DNA of 64,000 nucleotides from Nemertoderma westbladi (lineage: Eukaryota; Animalia; Xenacoelomorpha), in the NCBI GenBank assembly GCA_032718475.1, contig JAUCBJ010007596.1:6390-70389 (forward strand), written 5' to 3'. Every line of letters begins with the position of its first letter. The stretch's first letter is position 1. Shown one piece after another: positions 1 through 11,963 of this stretch. The notes beneath the pieces are model-generated. The model did not search any database, was not told the DNA's origin, and was given only the letters and a program-made list of their open reading frames with translations. The position numbers and the translations under genes are program-made.

Positions 1-864
1 TGAAACCGTACGTTTCTCGGGAATGCAACGTTAACATAAAAATATTATTTCAATACGTCATCAACAGAGTTTTTTTTGTTAATTTTTAATTTAAATTTAT
101 AAATAGTTACGCCCCCTTCGCTAGGGTTTGTAACTGTTCAGTGTTCATGTCGATGTTCATCACTACTTATAGCTATGCGCTTCTTACAGGGGTATTAATT
201 GACTTTTTACATTATTCTTCTTTATTAACGGAAATTTGGTGTTTTAAAATAAATATATTTTAGGCATGGATGCGATCGCATTTGTAAGAATTATGCCGAT
301 AGTATTGATACTGAAATATTAATTTACCATGTCAACGCCTCAACGAAATTATTTAGCTAATTATTCTAAAGAATCACGATTAAATACTCAGCCAATCATT
401 TTGCGAGATAAATAATAAGCACGCTGTTTTATTAGTCTGGTTATACCTACACTAAGTATAAATAAGTATGATAAGTTTTAAGTTTACTAAGTATAACTGT
501 CCTATAGATGTAATTATCCTTTGCTCGAGTAGTGTGGGATTAGTTGGACTGGTTCCCAGCTAGGCAATAGCAAGATGGAATGAGGGAGCTAGAAATATAG
601 GGTGGATAGACGGGGCTTTTTAATAACTTAATTACATTAGGCCTACGTTTAGATAAATTAAAAACACATTTCTTAAAGCAAATCACTTGAACTAATTAAA
701 AACTATAATGGAATGGAGTATGGGGATTACAGCTGTATAATTTCTAAGTATAACTATTTATATCTTATACTATAAAATAATTTATTTCAATTAAAGGGCA
801 GGCAGAAAAGTGCTGATTTTTTTTACCTTAATCAACTTGATTAACTAATTAAATGTCTTATCTT

Positions 865-1078
865 AGCCTTTCGTAGGCTACACGCATATTTTATTTGGAA
901 AATTTCTAAATTTTTGCCAAACAACATGTGTACCAAGTTTGGTTAGATTTCACCTAGGATTTGCTGAGTAATTAACATTTAATAACATGGATCGACAGAA
1001 TGACAGATACACAGACAAACCAATTGATATAGTGGTACCCGTATGCTAGGCTCGCTTACTTTCGTGGCTCCCCCCACA
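865..1078 (-). mobile_element. Degenerate 5' fragment of the TGTGGGG-start element family (related to 18526-21743)
   Basis: The reverse complement starts TGTGGGGGGAGCCACGAAAGTAAGCGAGCCCTAGC and includes CCAAACTTGGTACACATGTTGTTTGGCAAAA, matching 18523-18790. Confidence 0.75.
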
Positions 1079-2119
1079 ATTATTTTTTATTATTAAACAC
1101 CTCGTATAATATTTAGAGAGGGAGAAAAGCACCAAGGTTTACGTATAACACTAACAGGTTAATATTTCCTAATTAAAAACACACGAATAAAATAAAAACT
1201 CAAGTAAAATTCAAAGCATTAATATATTTATTTACAGGTAAAATTACATACAATAGGATCTACTAGTGATACAGTATAATATATTTATTTACAAAGCTCT
1301 ATTACATCTACAATACCTCAGTCAGTTAGTAGATTAAAATTTTTTTACCTTTGAATAAAATATATCTTTGTTCGTCGAGTTTACGACATCAACCGGTAAA
1401 TTATTCCATATATTATTAACTATTCGATTACCAAAGGAGAATTTACTAATCTGGAGCCTGGAACGTTGTTGAACTATCACAAACGAATTATCTCAAACCA
1501 GTAGTTATAATCATACTATTGTACTGTATTTAATAATAAACAGAGGTTGGAAATCTTTGGAGTTTCGAGTTTGTGTTAGGGAGTGTGTGTGTAGGGTAGT
1601 GATTTGAGATAGTCAGATGGTAGTGGTGGAGTAATTAAAGTTAGAGATGGAGAGAATTGGTGAATGAAAATGCATGAGCCTCGGGCCCTCGGCCAGTCTG
1701 CCAGTAGGTAGTGGTAGTGGTTAGCTCAGCTCCTCAGCATAACTATACCAGTATACCTGAACCTGAAAGAAGGTTATGTGGGGACAAGTTCAATTCCAGT
1801 CGGTGCGATTTCATTTTTTCTCTTCAACAACTCAACGATCTGCTGATATTGTGATTTTCATTCAATTCAAAGTGCTGTTTAAATTAATTATTTACCAGCT
1901 GACTGACCACTAGGCAGTAGGCACTAATGACTACAGGACTAAGTGCAAAATTTTGAATACCGGTAATGGTAATTACGCGCACTTGCGCAACAGCCAATGC
2001 AGCAATGAACCAAGTGAACAATTCAGCCATCCCCTGCCTCCTACTGTTATTTTCCAAAGATTGAGCCAACGTTTGAGGGGGGTGGTATTGGTATTATAGT
2101 GGTTTACTTAATGGCTGAA

Positions 2120-2630
2120 TCGCCCTGAATGGTACATGCTGCTATGTAACGGCTGAACGGTAGCTTAAGGCTTAGGACACCAAATCTCTGGATGGCACAT
2201 TCACAAGAATGCTACGCCGGGTTCATTGTGTCAAGTACAATGCACACATCTCCAACCAGACACTATATAACTTTGGAGGTGTCTCATTGGTTCCCCCAAG
2301 CTTGACACTAGAACAAAATCGCCTCCGCTTTGCAGGACATTGCTTTCGCCGTGAGGACCAGCCAGTGCATAATCTTGTACTTTGGCTGTTTGGCAGCCTC
2401 ATGGTCAGATGGTGTGAATAAGCATGGTGGACAGCCCATGTCTTTCTTGAGACGCATCCTAAAGGACACTGGCCTTAAAGATGCGGATGATCTAGCAAAT
2501 GTCATGGGTGATAGGGAGTTGTGTGTTGTGGCGGTGCAATTTTGTTGACAAGCCGGCACAGCATTCTTAAAAATGCAGCTGCAATGCAGCATGCCGATCC
2601 TACTGTCTGACTGTAGTAGTAGTAGTAGTC
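2120..2630 (+). mobile_element. 3' end remnant of a non-LTR retrotransposon (RTE-like ORF2 C-terminus) with (GTA)n tail
   Basis: The translation LDGTFTRMLRR...HISNQTLY...RLRFAGHCFRR...LVLW resembles the conserved C-terminal block of RTE-type RT ORFs. It is frameshifted and ends in gtagtagtagtagtagt near 2613-2629. Confidence 0.65.
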
Positions 2631-2805
2631 AGTACTAGGTAGCTAGGTGCTAGGCGTTAGCTAAGCATAACTTTGTGCTTTGTACCTGTTGCTTAGGCCT
2701 ATCAGCCTATTGCAGTATTGGCTTTTCGTTTCGAACTCTACCGGCACATTCTCTGTTTCTAGTTATTTCTACGATTTTGTCATATTCAGATATTATTTAA
2801 ACATT

Positions 2806-5800
2806 ATGATGACCTCAAAGAAAGAACGTACAACTACGTTTACTTACTGCCAGGTGGATTTGTATAACATACAAGAAAGTCGCAATAATGAAGTCATTCA
2901 CAAAGACGTGGATATACCATCGACAAGTGGAAATTCCGACAATGTTGGCGGCAGTAAAAGGCAATTAACTTTGAATGACTCCTTCAATAAAACACCAAAA
3001 AAGAGAAAAATATGTGCAGGTACGAATCCTCTTGAACCTAATAGAAATAGAGAAGCTGAGAGATGTTGTGAATGTCGTCAGGTTTTAAATGATACTTTAC
3101 TTTCTCTTCAGTTTAACGATTGCATTGAAATGAAAGAACAACTTGTCTTACATAAGGTGTTGGGTGGTTGTCTAGATGAAGAAGATACTCCGACTGTTCT
3201 CATAAATAACTTCACCGTTTACGATAAAAAGAAGCACGTTTGTCCCTTCGATAAGGACCTCATAGAGAACAACGTGGAGTTATACCTCAGCGGATATGTT
3301 AAAGGGATTGGCGAAGAAGGTCCGGGTGTCGCCGTTAAGGGTTTGGGACCGCTGTCCTCGTGGTGGTTCATGGGAGACAATACGGACAGCCAATCTCCCG
3401 GGATATCGAACACAGCCCCCGGAGTGTCTACCGACACTGTCGACTACTATCTACAGGAACCGAGCGATCAGTTCAAACCCTTTATGAGTTCCGTTATCGT
3501 AAAAAGCCATCTGAGCAACGTGGTTATCAACTTCCTTCTAGAGAACACCGATCCGGAGTATGAAGACCTCATAAACCACATCGAATCCGTCGTCCCTTCC
3601 GACAAAGTCCCGGTAACTCGCTATTCCGAAGATCTTCTCATGGAACATCTCGGGTTTATCCTCGAGAATGTGAGGGAATATGACGAGGAGTACCCGGATG
3701 ATCCTTTCAGTGAGACTCGCTGCATCCAATACCTAAAGGAGTGGGAACCCGTGGAGTTGGAGATTGAGAAGGAAAACGTAGCTAGGAAACCAGTCGCTAG
3801 GAGGCATAAGAAGAGCCAATCAGTCTCTAAAAAGGCGACCTCTAGTCAAGCGACTCTATCGTCCGTTGTTCTCAGTACATTCGAGTCATATTTACCGAAG
3901 TATATAATAGAGGAGCGAGGTTCTAGAATCCACAGCGAGGAACCGGACGAGGGGAGTTCGTCGATTAGCGAGGGGATTGATAAACTTGCGATTAGTTTGT
4001 GCGGGAAGGAGGCGGAGTGGATGGGCCCCCCGTTGTCTGTGGAGGGAGGGCGATCGTTCTACGGGGGTTTTGTTAGTCGGGGGGTTCGTGTGGAAGTCGG
4101 GGAGTTCGTCAACGCCGATGGAAACCCCGAGAGAGTGGTTCGGGAGAGTCGAGAGGTTTCGGGGAATCGCGTCGGGAAGGTTCTCTATCTGTACGGGAAG
4201 GGGAGCAGAAGGTTCGCGCATTGTGGCTGGTTGGTCTACGCGCGGGACACCATCCTGGGGGACACCGCGGACAGCCGGGAACTGTTCTGCGTCGACGAAT
4301 GCGAAGACGTCCCGTTGGAGAAGATTAAGTCGGTCGTATCGGTTGTTTATAAAAGGCCGGAACGTTTTGGAACAGAAGAGGTTGTGGAACGGAATTGCTA
4401 CTTCTATAAACTTCGGTACGACGCCAAGTACGGTCGGTTTGATGATATCCCAGTGGACGAGGGTAGCGAGGCCGACTACTGCTACAGTTGCAACGAGAAA
4501 TATAAACGAGATTCCTACGAGAAACCGGCAGTCTCGGAATTCTTGAAAAGGGAAAGTAAAGTTAACGGGTTAGATTGCTATAAGACGTTTACTTACAAAG
4601 GATTTACTTACCGGGTTGGTGATTGTTTCTACGCCGCTCCTAAAACTATCAAGTTCGATTTCAAACTGAAAGTAAAGTCGTCGGTTTCAACGCCATCCAT
4701 CGGTCTCCACGACGAAAAGAAGTTCCCTGAGATGTACCGGAAGACGGATCACGTAAAGGGAAGTAACGCCAACTGCCCAGCGCCGTTGCAGATCGCGAGA
4801 ATAAAGTCCATCTACCTGCTGCACGACGAGGTTAAACTCGAGTGCGGCAAATTCTACCGGCCGGGGGACACCCACGGCGGGTCGGAGTTGGAGAGTAGCG
4901 AGGATCTAAACTGTTTGTATTACAGCGAGGAGGCGGTTGTACTGCGGTGCGCCGCGGCGGTAGTTGGTCCGGTTCGCGTCGTCTACGCCGATAAACTCGC
5001 CGACGACACGGATAAGTTGTTCCGCTTCGAGTGTTTCTATTTCTCAGAGATGTTCGACGCGGAAAGCCGCGGATTCACGGAGCCACCTGAAGCCGCTAAA
5101 CGGTTTTACAACTCGGACGAAGTCGATAAGGAGATCGAAGTTCGAGGAAACGTCGAAAAGTTGCGGAGTCTGGATGTGTTCGCTGGATGCGGGGGTTTGT
5201 CGGAGGGGTTCCACCAGTCGGGAGTCGCGGAGACTCGGTGGGCCATAGAGATGGACCAATCAGCGGCCGGGGCCTTCCGCGAGAACAACCCGGGGGCGAC
5301 TGTCTACGCGGAGGATTGCAACAAACTGCTACGTAGCGCGATGGACGGGGACTTGGTTTCGGAGTCCGGGTTGCGACTGCCGGAACGGGGCCAGGTGGAC
5401 CTGCTGTGCGGCGGACCTCCGTGTCAGGGGTTCAGCGGGATGAACCGATTCAACACGAAGGAATACTCCGTCTTCAAGAACTCGTTAGTTCCGACTTACC
5501 TGAGTTACTGCGACTTCTACAGGCCGAGGTTTTTCCTTCTAGAAAACGTTCGCAATTTCGTTTCTTTCAAAAATTCCGTGGTTCTAAAGTTGACGATGCG
5601 TTGTCTCGTCGCTATGGGTTACCAGTGTAGGTTCGCGGTGCTGCAAGCCGGTCACTACGGTGTGTCCCAGACGCGACGTCGCGCTATCCTACTGGCTGCG
5701 GCGCCGGGGGAACGGTTGCCTAGCTATCCGGAGCCCCGGCACTGCTTCATGGACACGACGCTGACGGTGAACGTGGACGGGAGGGGCTACGAGTCCGGTC

Positions 5801-6543
5801 TCACTCGGGTGGGCAGCGCCCCCTTCCGGACGGTGACGATACGCGACGCGATGGGGGACCTCCCGGGGATACGTAACGGCGCCAACGCGGACCCCTTGGC
5901 ATACAGCGGGAGACCGCGGTCCCACTTCCAGCGGTTGATCCGGGGCTGCGGGGCCAAACATCTGTTCGACCACATCTGCAAGGAGATGAATCCGCTAGTC
6001 GCTATGCGGATGTCCCTGATACCGACAGTTCCCGGGGCCGATTGGCGCCATCTCCCCAACATTAAAGCCCAACTATCCGATAAATCTTGGTCGGAGGAGT
6101 TGACATACTCCGTTCGCGACTCTAAGAACGGTGATAGCGAGAAAGGTGCGTTGCGGGGCGTGTGCCCCTGCGCCCGGGGCGCCCAATGCGACCCAATGTA
6201 CCGGCAGACCAACACCATCATCCCGTGGTGTCTGCCGCACACGGGGAACCGACACAATCACTGGGCCGGGCTGTACGGCCGCCTCGCCTGGGAGGGTTTC
6301 TTCTCCACGACTGTGACCAACCCGGAGCCGATGGGGAAGCAGGGCCGTGTGCTGCACCCCGAGCAGCACCGAGTAGTCAGTGTCCGTGAGTGCGCGAGAT
6401 CCCAGGGGTTCCCGGATACCTACAAGTTCGTGGGTTCCGTCCTCGACAAACATCGACAGATCGGTAACGCAGTGCCCCCACCGCTGGCTGAGGCCCTCGG
6501 CGTTGAGATACTAAAGTCTGTGATTGCTAAGCAACTCGACTGA
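2806..6543 (+). CDS. DNMT1: DNA (cytosine-5)-methyltransferase 1 family protein, single exon, about 1245 aa, lacking CXXC and GK linker
   Basis: The first in-frame ATG is at 2806. Motifs in order: PIP-box-like RQLTLNDSF plus basic KTPKKRK; RFTS (RCCEC...FTVYDKKKHVCPFDKDLIENNVELYLSGYVK...SSWW); BAH1; BAH2; MTase motifs I (DVFAGCGGLS), IV (GGPPCQGFS), VI (LENV), VIII (QTRRRA), the DNMT1-type TRD (WCLPHTGNRHNHWAGLYGRL), IX (RECARSQGFPD) and X (QIGNAVPPPL). Confidence 0.95.
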   Translation: MMTSKKERTTTFTYCQVDLYNIQESRNNEVIHKDVDIPSTSGNSDNVGGSKRQLTLNDSFNKTPKKRKICAGTNPLEPNRNREAERCCECRQVLNDTLLSLQFNDCIEMKEQLVLHKVLGGCLDEEDTPTVLINNFTVYDKKKHVCPFDKDLIENNVELYLSGYVKGIGEEGPGVAVKGLGPLSSWWFMGDNTDSQSPGISNTAPGVSTDTVDYYLQEPSDQFKPFMSSVIVKSHLSNVVINFLLENTDPEYEDLINHIESVVPSDKVPVTRYSEDLLMEHLGFILENVREYDEEYPDDPFSETRCIQYLKEWEPVELEIEKENVARKPVARRHKKSQSVSKKATSSQATLSSVVLSTFESYLPKYIIEERGSRIHSEEPDEGSSSISEGIDKLAISLCGKEAEWMGPPLSVEGGRSFYGGFVSRGVRVEVGEFVNADGNPERVVRESREVSGNRVGKVLYLYGKGSRRFAHCGWLVYARDTILGDTADSRELFCVDECEDVPLEKIKSVVSVVYKRPERFGTEEVVERNCYFYKLRYDAKYGRFDDIPVDEGSEADYCYSCNEKYKRDSYEKPAVSEFLKRESKVNGLDCYKTFTYKGFTYRVGDCFYAAPKTIKFDFKLKVKSSVSTPSIGLHDEKKFPEMYRKTDHVKGSNANCPAPLQIARIKSIYLLHDEVKLECGKFYRPGDTHGGSELESSEDLNCLYYSEEAVVLRCAAAVVGPVRVVYADKLADDTDKLFRFECFYFSEMFDAESRGFTEPPEAAKRFYNSDEVDKEIEVRGNVEKLRSLDVFAGCGGLSEGFHQSGVAETRWAIEMDQSAAGAFRENNPGATVYAEDCNKLLRSAMDGDLVSESGLRLPERGQVDLLCGGPPCQGFSGMNRFNTKEYSVFKNSLVPTYLSYCDFYRPRFFLLENVRNFVSFKNSVVLKLTMRCLVAMGYQCRFAVLQAGHYGVSQTRRRAILLAAAPGERLPSYPEPRHCFMDTTLTVNVDGRGYESGLTRVGSAPFRTVTIRDAMGDLPGIRNGANADPLAYSGRPRSHFQRLIRGCGAKHLFDHICKEMNPLVAMRMSLIPTVPGADWRHLPNIKAQLSDKSWSEELTYSVRDSKNGDSEKGALRGVCPCARGAQCDPMYRQTNTIIPWCLPHTGNRHNHWAGLYGRLAWEGFFSTTVTNPEPMGKQGRVLHPEQHRVVSVRECARSQGFPDTYKFVGSVLDKHRQIGNAVPPPLAEALGVEILKSVIAKQLD

Positions 6544-9339
6544 TATGTAACCCAACTGTTGAGATCGTTTCCTGGACTACTAATATAAGTGTAAGGACTA
6601 AGGAGTCAAGCTTTTTGTTTTTCGAGGAACTCCTAACATTTTAGGTAAGTGCTTTATTAATAGGCAACGTCATTCGAATTGTTTAGTGGTCGTTTACATT
6701 TACTATATATTTTTGACATATTACTTGACATTATCTTTTTCTGGACATCGTTGAGAGGGAATTTGTCAGATTATGAATCAGCAATTCTATTTTTGCAATC
6801 TGAGAGTTGAGTATTCCCAAAATTCGTGACTAAAGAGTCAGAAAAAGCATGCCACAATATTAAAAGCAACATTTTTGTTAATCAAAAGTATGCAAGATGG
6901 GGTTATGTTGTAATCCTAGAATCCATTCAGTGTCCATTAGAAAATATTGAGATAATAGAACCAGAACAACCCACACAGCATTAATGGTGTAAAATATCAG
7001 AGGTAAAAAGAACCCACACAACATACACACAAGTCGTGGAAATTCTGTGGGTTGTTCTACCTCTCTGATAAAATCAGCCCTATGATAAAATTAAAACAAC
7101 CCACACTGGTAGAGAGTAGTTTTAATTTTCATATTTATCGTGAACCAGCCCCTATTTTATAATTTACTCATTTTTACTTCCCAGACCTCGAGACCTCCGT
7201 GAAAAAATAATTATGAGATGCAATCCACACACACACACAAAATGAAAGTATCTCTAAATAATACTTTTTGGTGTGTGTTGCTCTGGCTCTGTGGTCACGA
7301 TATGTCTTATTTATTCATTAGAAATATAATGTGAAAGTTCGGGGCATCCATAAATACCATCACGACATTTTTGGAACATTTTTCTACCCACCACTACCTT
7401 CGCCCATTGTCACTAATTATCCCTCACTGGCAAATTTTAAGATATTTTTGAGTTTTATTAGTTTTTTGTTTCCTGTTAGTGTTAAATATATATTTATGCA
7501 ATATGTTTTTCTGCTTAAACGCTTAAATTCTCTTATTTTATTCATTAATGCTTTTATATTCTGATATTCGCCGTAAATATGCTATGTTAACTTATAGCTG
7601 CAGCCAGCCTATATTATTATCTTACAATTACGACAGATTCAATTTTTACTATCTATATAATATGTTTAGAAACATCTGCCTATTTGTGAATTTAAATTTC
7701 CGTATCATTTCGGTTCGGTATTCTTCCGTATCTGTTCGCGTGTTCTCCCAAACTTATGGGTCTGTGCAATATTTCGTTGTTCGTCGTATCAATTAATTCA
7801 TTTATTATCGTAATAATTAATTAGTTATCATTATTATTGTTGTGTTATATTCATTTTATTCATAGTAATTATATTGGTTTTTATTGATTTGACATATTAA
7901 CATCAATGTTTTAATTAATTGATTCAACTAGTTATTAGATGGACCTACGATGGTGGTTTATAACCAGACGCGAGCGAGATTTATTGTGTACCAGCATTTT
8001 AGGAAGTGCTTGACTACTGACTTTTCACGAATAACACAGGTGTAGTGATCAGTATGGCCGTCACCTGACTGTCATACTCGTGACTCGATACACCTTATAA
8101 TCCTTCAAAAAGCATGGAATATTACTTAATATCACTTAATATCCCGCTGGGATGATGAGCGATAATATTATTGTTGTTAAATAGCAAGAATAATAAAGTC
8201 TGTCTGTGGGTCGAATGAAAAATAGCGCCCCTCTCAGGTCTTATTACAGCAGTTTTAACGGCATATGTTTTGTGCCACCATACCCGATGTAAAAAGCATC
8301 ATTATTTTCACTGTTAGACGCGGGCGAAGTTTGCTGCGTAACGTTTTACGAGGACTCAGTAATGAAACGAACTTATGTTCCATGCCATGACCTGATACAA
8401 TTATAGTTTTATTGATGTAAATTAAAAGTTAGTTAGTAATTAAAATATTAAAAGTTAGTCAGACAGGCAGGCCGTAGGTCACCGGTTAAACTGAAAGTTA
8501 TTATTGTAGTAGTTTGGTCATTCAACAAAAGAAAACCCAACAGAACCGCGTTCTTGCCGAAAATCGTTTATGAATAACCGGTTTATTGAAAATCACTGAA
8601 AATTTAAAAATATTGACAACTTATCAAAACCCTTGCCAAGGACTGCATACTAGTCAGTCAGAAACACTATTTTAACACAGTCAATGAAAACCAATAGTAA
8701 GTAACAGGGCAAGGCTTTGTCCAAAATGAATAATTTTTGATATAAGGGTCAATCGATAACTTAAGGTTGATTAAAATAAATTTTTTTGTAATTTAGTTAC
8801 AATAAGCTCTTATTTAGTAGCCTAATATTATTACTATTAGGTAATAAAAACACTAAAACACTACAGTAGGCTTACTCTTCGAACAAACACTACAGTAGGC
8901 CTACTCTTCGAACAAACATTAGTTATATAACTAGTTATTTCGTACAGTATATATAATTAGGATATAGTGTTGAATAAAAGTTTTTGGTCAAAATGTTTTT
9001 ATATTGATTATTTCCAATTTTATTATCAAATTAATTAATTATTTTCATATTTTTTTAAAAAATTCGCATTTTTCACATTTCGAAGCCAATAAAATGAGTT
9101 AGGATCAAAATTTTAAAATTCGTGACCAATACTTTTGAAGACACCAAGCTTGTGATTATACTGTGTCCAAATTTCATCAAAAAATATTAAAAATTGGCAG
9201 AAGAGTAGCATTTTCATTTCGTAGGAATGAAAAAATTCCATTCCGAGATAATTGCCTTTAAAGTTTGAACCTTCCCGCGCAAAAACTGTCTGTTAATATA
9301 TGAGAATGTCTGTCAATAGATATCTAGCAAGAAGAGGCA

Positions 9340-10010
9340 CAAACTCATTCTAAGATTTTTGCTATGGGGTTTTCCTGGTCGCTGATTTCATTTCTGAGGT
9401 CAGTTTTCATTTTAATGAAATCTAGTTTGTCTGTATGTCTGTCTGTCGATCTTTCTGACTATCCGACATCTGTTGTCAAATATAAGAAAATGGCACACCA
9501 TCAAGCTAAATGTTAAGCTATAGGGGTTTTCCTTGTCGCAGAATTCATTTCGAGTGTCAATTTTAACATTTGATGACTTCAAAATTGTCTGTTTTTAAGT
9601 TTTTTTTTGTAGTATTTGTAAAAATATTTGTTGTAAAAAATTATTGAAATAGCGCTAACCCCCCCCCCCCCCCCCCCCCCCCCCTTAACTTCACAAAAAC
9701 GTATGATTTTTATAATTATTTATTTTATACTTTATATTATATATATTATAATATACTATATTATTTATGGTAAATAATGTAGAACATTTGTTTTCACTCG
9801 AGATATTTCATTTACCGAGCGTAGTTGGTCTGTATGCCTGTCTTTCCGTCCAAGTAAAAGAAAAGCACACAACCATATCAACACAACATATTTTGACGCA
9901 CAGACCGACACCGACAGGCATACACACAGACACCATACCGCCGAATTTGAAAACAACTGACATCGGAAATTAAATCACCGACAGTCAAGGAAAATCCCTG
10001 AAAGGCATTT
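9340..10010. repeat. Degenerate dispersed repeat in inverted arrangement around a poly-C run; also present twice at about 14790-15050
   Basis: GCTATGGGGTTTTCCTGGTCGCTGATTTCATTTCTGAGGTCAGTTTT occurs near 9361 and 9518, its reverse complement near 9950-10000, and similar copies at about 14807 and 14947 with (CTGT)n tracts. Confidence 0.55.
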
Positions 10011-10394
10011 TTTTAGGCAGATAAATTGCTTTCCAATTTTTTACGGACAGACAACCATATCTCGAGAAGAAAAAGAGATCTTCCTGTCCTGTACCGATGT
10101 AGAAAGAGTCTCAGTTTAAAAAAGTCTCTCCGGTACTCTGGGCACTGACACAACGTGTCGTGTGAATCCCGTAGAGAAATATATCAGTTTAAAGAGTCTC
10201 TCTTGGGTAGTAGTAAGAGTAACACGAGGGAAGCTCGTAGGAAAGGTTCACATGCAGGTCGTCGTCTACAGTTAGATAGTGGTGTAACTGAAGGAATTCC
10301 CAAAAATTAACCTGCACTGCTGCACTCCAATAATATGGAATCCGAACAGCACCAATAATGGGTACGTACTGGCGTAACTGCCTGGTAGGCAGTG

Positions 10395-11126
10395 GGTACG
10401 TACTAAAAAGCGGAAACACCTAGTTTAAGGACGGAAACATCTAGAAACACCTAGATTTATCAAGAATCAGGCAGAAAACTATGGTTCGCTATATTTTTTC
10501 AGCGAAAATTCAACATTGATTAAATGTCATAATTAACTACAGTACAGTACAGTACAAGTACATATCTGTTAAGCTCTGGAAATTTGATCGGGAGTTTTAA
10601 ATTGCAGAATTGATTCAAGCAGTAAGTAGAATGAGTAAAATACAAAGCAAAAAAGGCTTGGTTGAACATAACAAGAAGTAAAAGTAAACCCGAGAACAAA
10701 GTAGGCGAGTCCAAATAAATCCGGAATGGCAGACTGAGTCCAATAAACTCGGTTCATTTAGACTCCATGTGGTTTTCACCCAACGGAGCTTTTTTCGCTT
10801 TGAATGCTACACAGTACTCATCGTGAAGCTCTCAGGTTGTGTTTATTCTGACTCGTTCCTACAGTAGTCTAGTCTATTACCGGTGTATTTCACTGCATTA
10901 CTGGGTGAATTGTTATCAATTCTGCAATTTAAAAATCCCGCCTGGTAAACATAACAACGGACATACAGTATTTAAATAATTATGATGCTTAATTTCGAAT
11001 TTTCGCCCAACAAATATACCGAACCATTGTTTTCTGCCTCAATACAGTATTTAAAAATCCAGGTGTGTCTAGATGTTTCTGCCATTAAAACTTGTTTCCA
11101 GGTGTTTCCGCTTTTTAGTACGTACC
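10395..11126. mobile_element. Non-autonomous TIR element (MITE), Mutator-like
   Basis: TIR GGTACGTACTAAAAAGCGGAAACACCT ... AGGTGTTTCCGCTTTTTAGTACGTACC, extending imperfectly beyond 100 bp. Flanks gtaggcagtg / gtggcagtg resemble a 9-10 bp TSD. Confidence 0.7.
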
Positions 11127-11963
11127 GTGGCAGTGACGTCTTCATCTGTCTTGACTGCAGGGTGCTGTTGGGTTTTTGGCATTACTCGGTCGCTACCGAG
11201 ATTGTGTAATATTTGGTTTGATATATGAGTAATGTATGAACCATGCGCTGCATACTGGTGGGAGCCGCTAGTGAGAACATTGTGAATGAGTGAGAATATT
11301 ATAAATTTATTCTATAATATTGTATTCTAGACAATATTCTATTTGAATATTATTTATTTCTCGACAAAAACCGCTTTCATGGAAGAGTTAATTATGTCAA
11401 AATTAATTATATGGTCAAATTGTGTAACCCATATAGTAGGCCTAGTTACTTTTTACTTATAATATTTAATTATAATTTGGTAGGCCTACATACATGGAAG
11501 TCTACTTTATTTAGGACTATTATTTTCATATTTGAGATTGTTATGGGTAAGTCTAAGAGGTTGGAACGATCAGGATAGTTTGTCCTTAACATTTGTGTCT
11601 TACGACCTACACGTACACTACACACCCTGCCGTGAACGTATCTTTGTAAATTCCACCTCTTTTTGTTTTATCCCTCCAAGAATATTGATTATACCTCATA
11701 TTATAACTAAGAAGTTGTTGGATGGAAAGGTGTAAAGGTTCTGACAAACTGTTTTATTATCTTCTCTCTAGTGGTATATAAATGAAACTGTAAGTGAGAT
11801 TAGTAGATATATTTACATGCACCATTCTGCGGTTGATATTAGTATTTGTATTAGTCTAACAATACCCCCTCGCAATGAATGATACTTGCACTAACGTAAC
11901 GCTAAGTTTGTATAACACACTCATGCAAATATATCTCGCGTAATTATTTAATAATATATATAT

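Noticed and set aside
2680-2805. N-terminal 42 aa of the DNMT1 ORF as given in the track
   Set aside because: It starts at TTG. In a eukaryote the first ATG (2806) or a splice acceptor is more plausible.
3219-6453. Many short overlapping or antisense ORFs within DNMT1 (and similarly within the pol genes)
   Set aside because: These are expected shadows of GC-rich coding sequence and have no motifs.
10189-10419. 76 aa minus-strand ORF as a gene
   Set aside because: Its start lies inside the MITE TIR and I recognise no domain. It may be a split remnant but is unsupported.
1-11700. DNMT1 as cargo of a transposon or virus
   Set aside because: I found no enclosing LTRs, TIRs, TSD or viral genes, and the protein is a typical animal DNMT1 type with RFTS and BAH domains.
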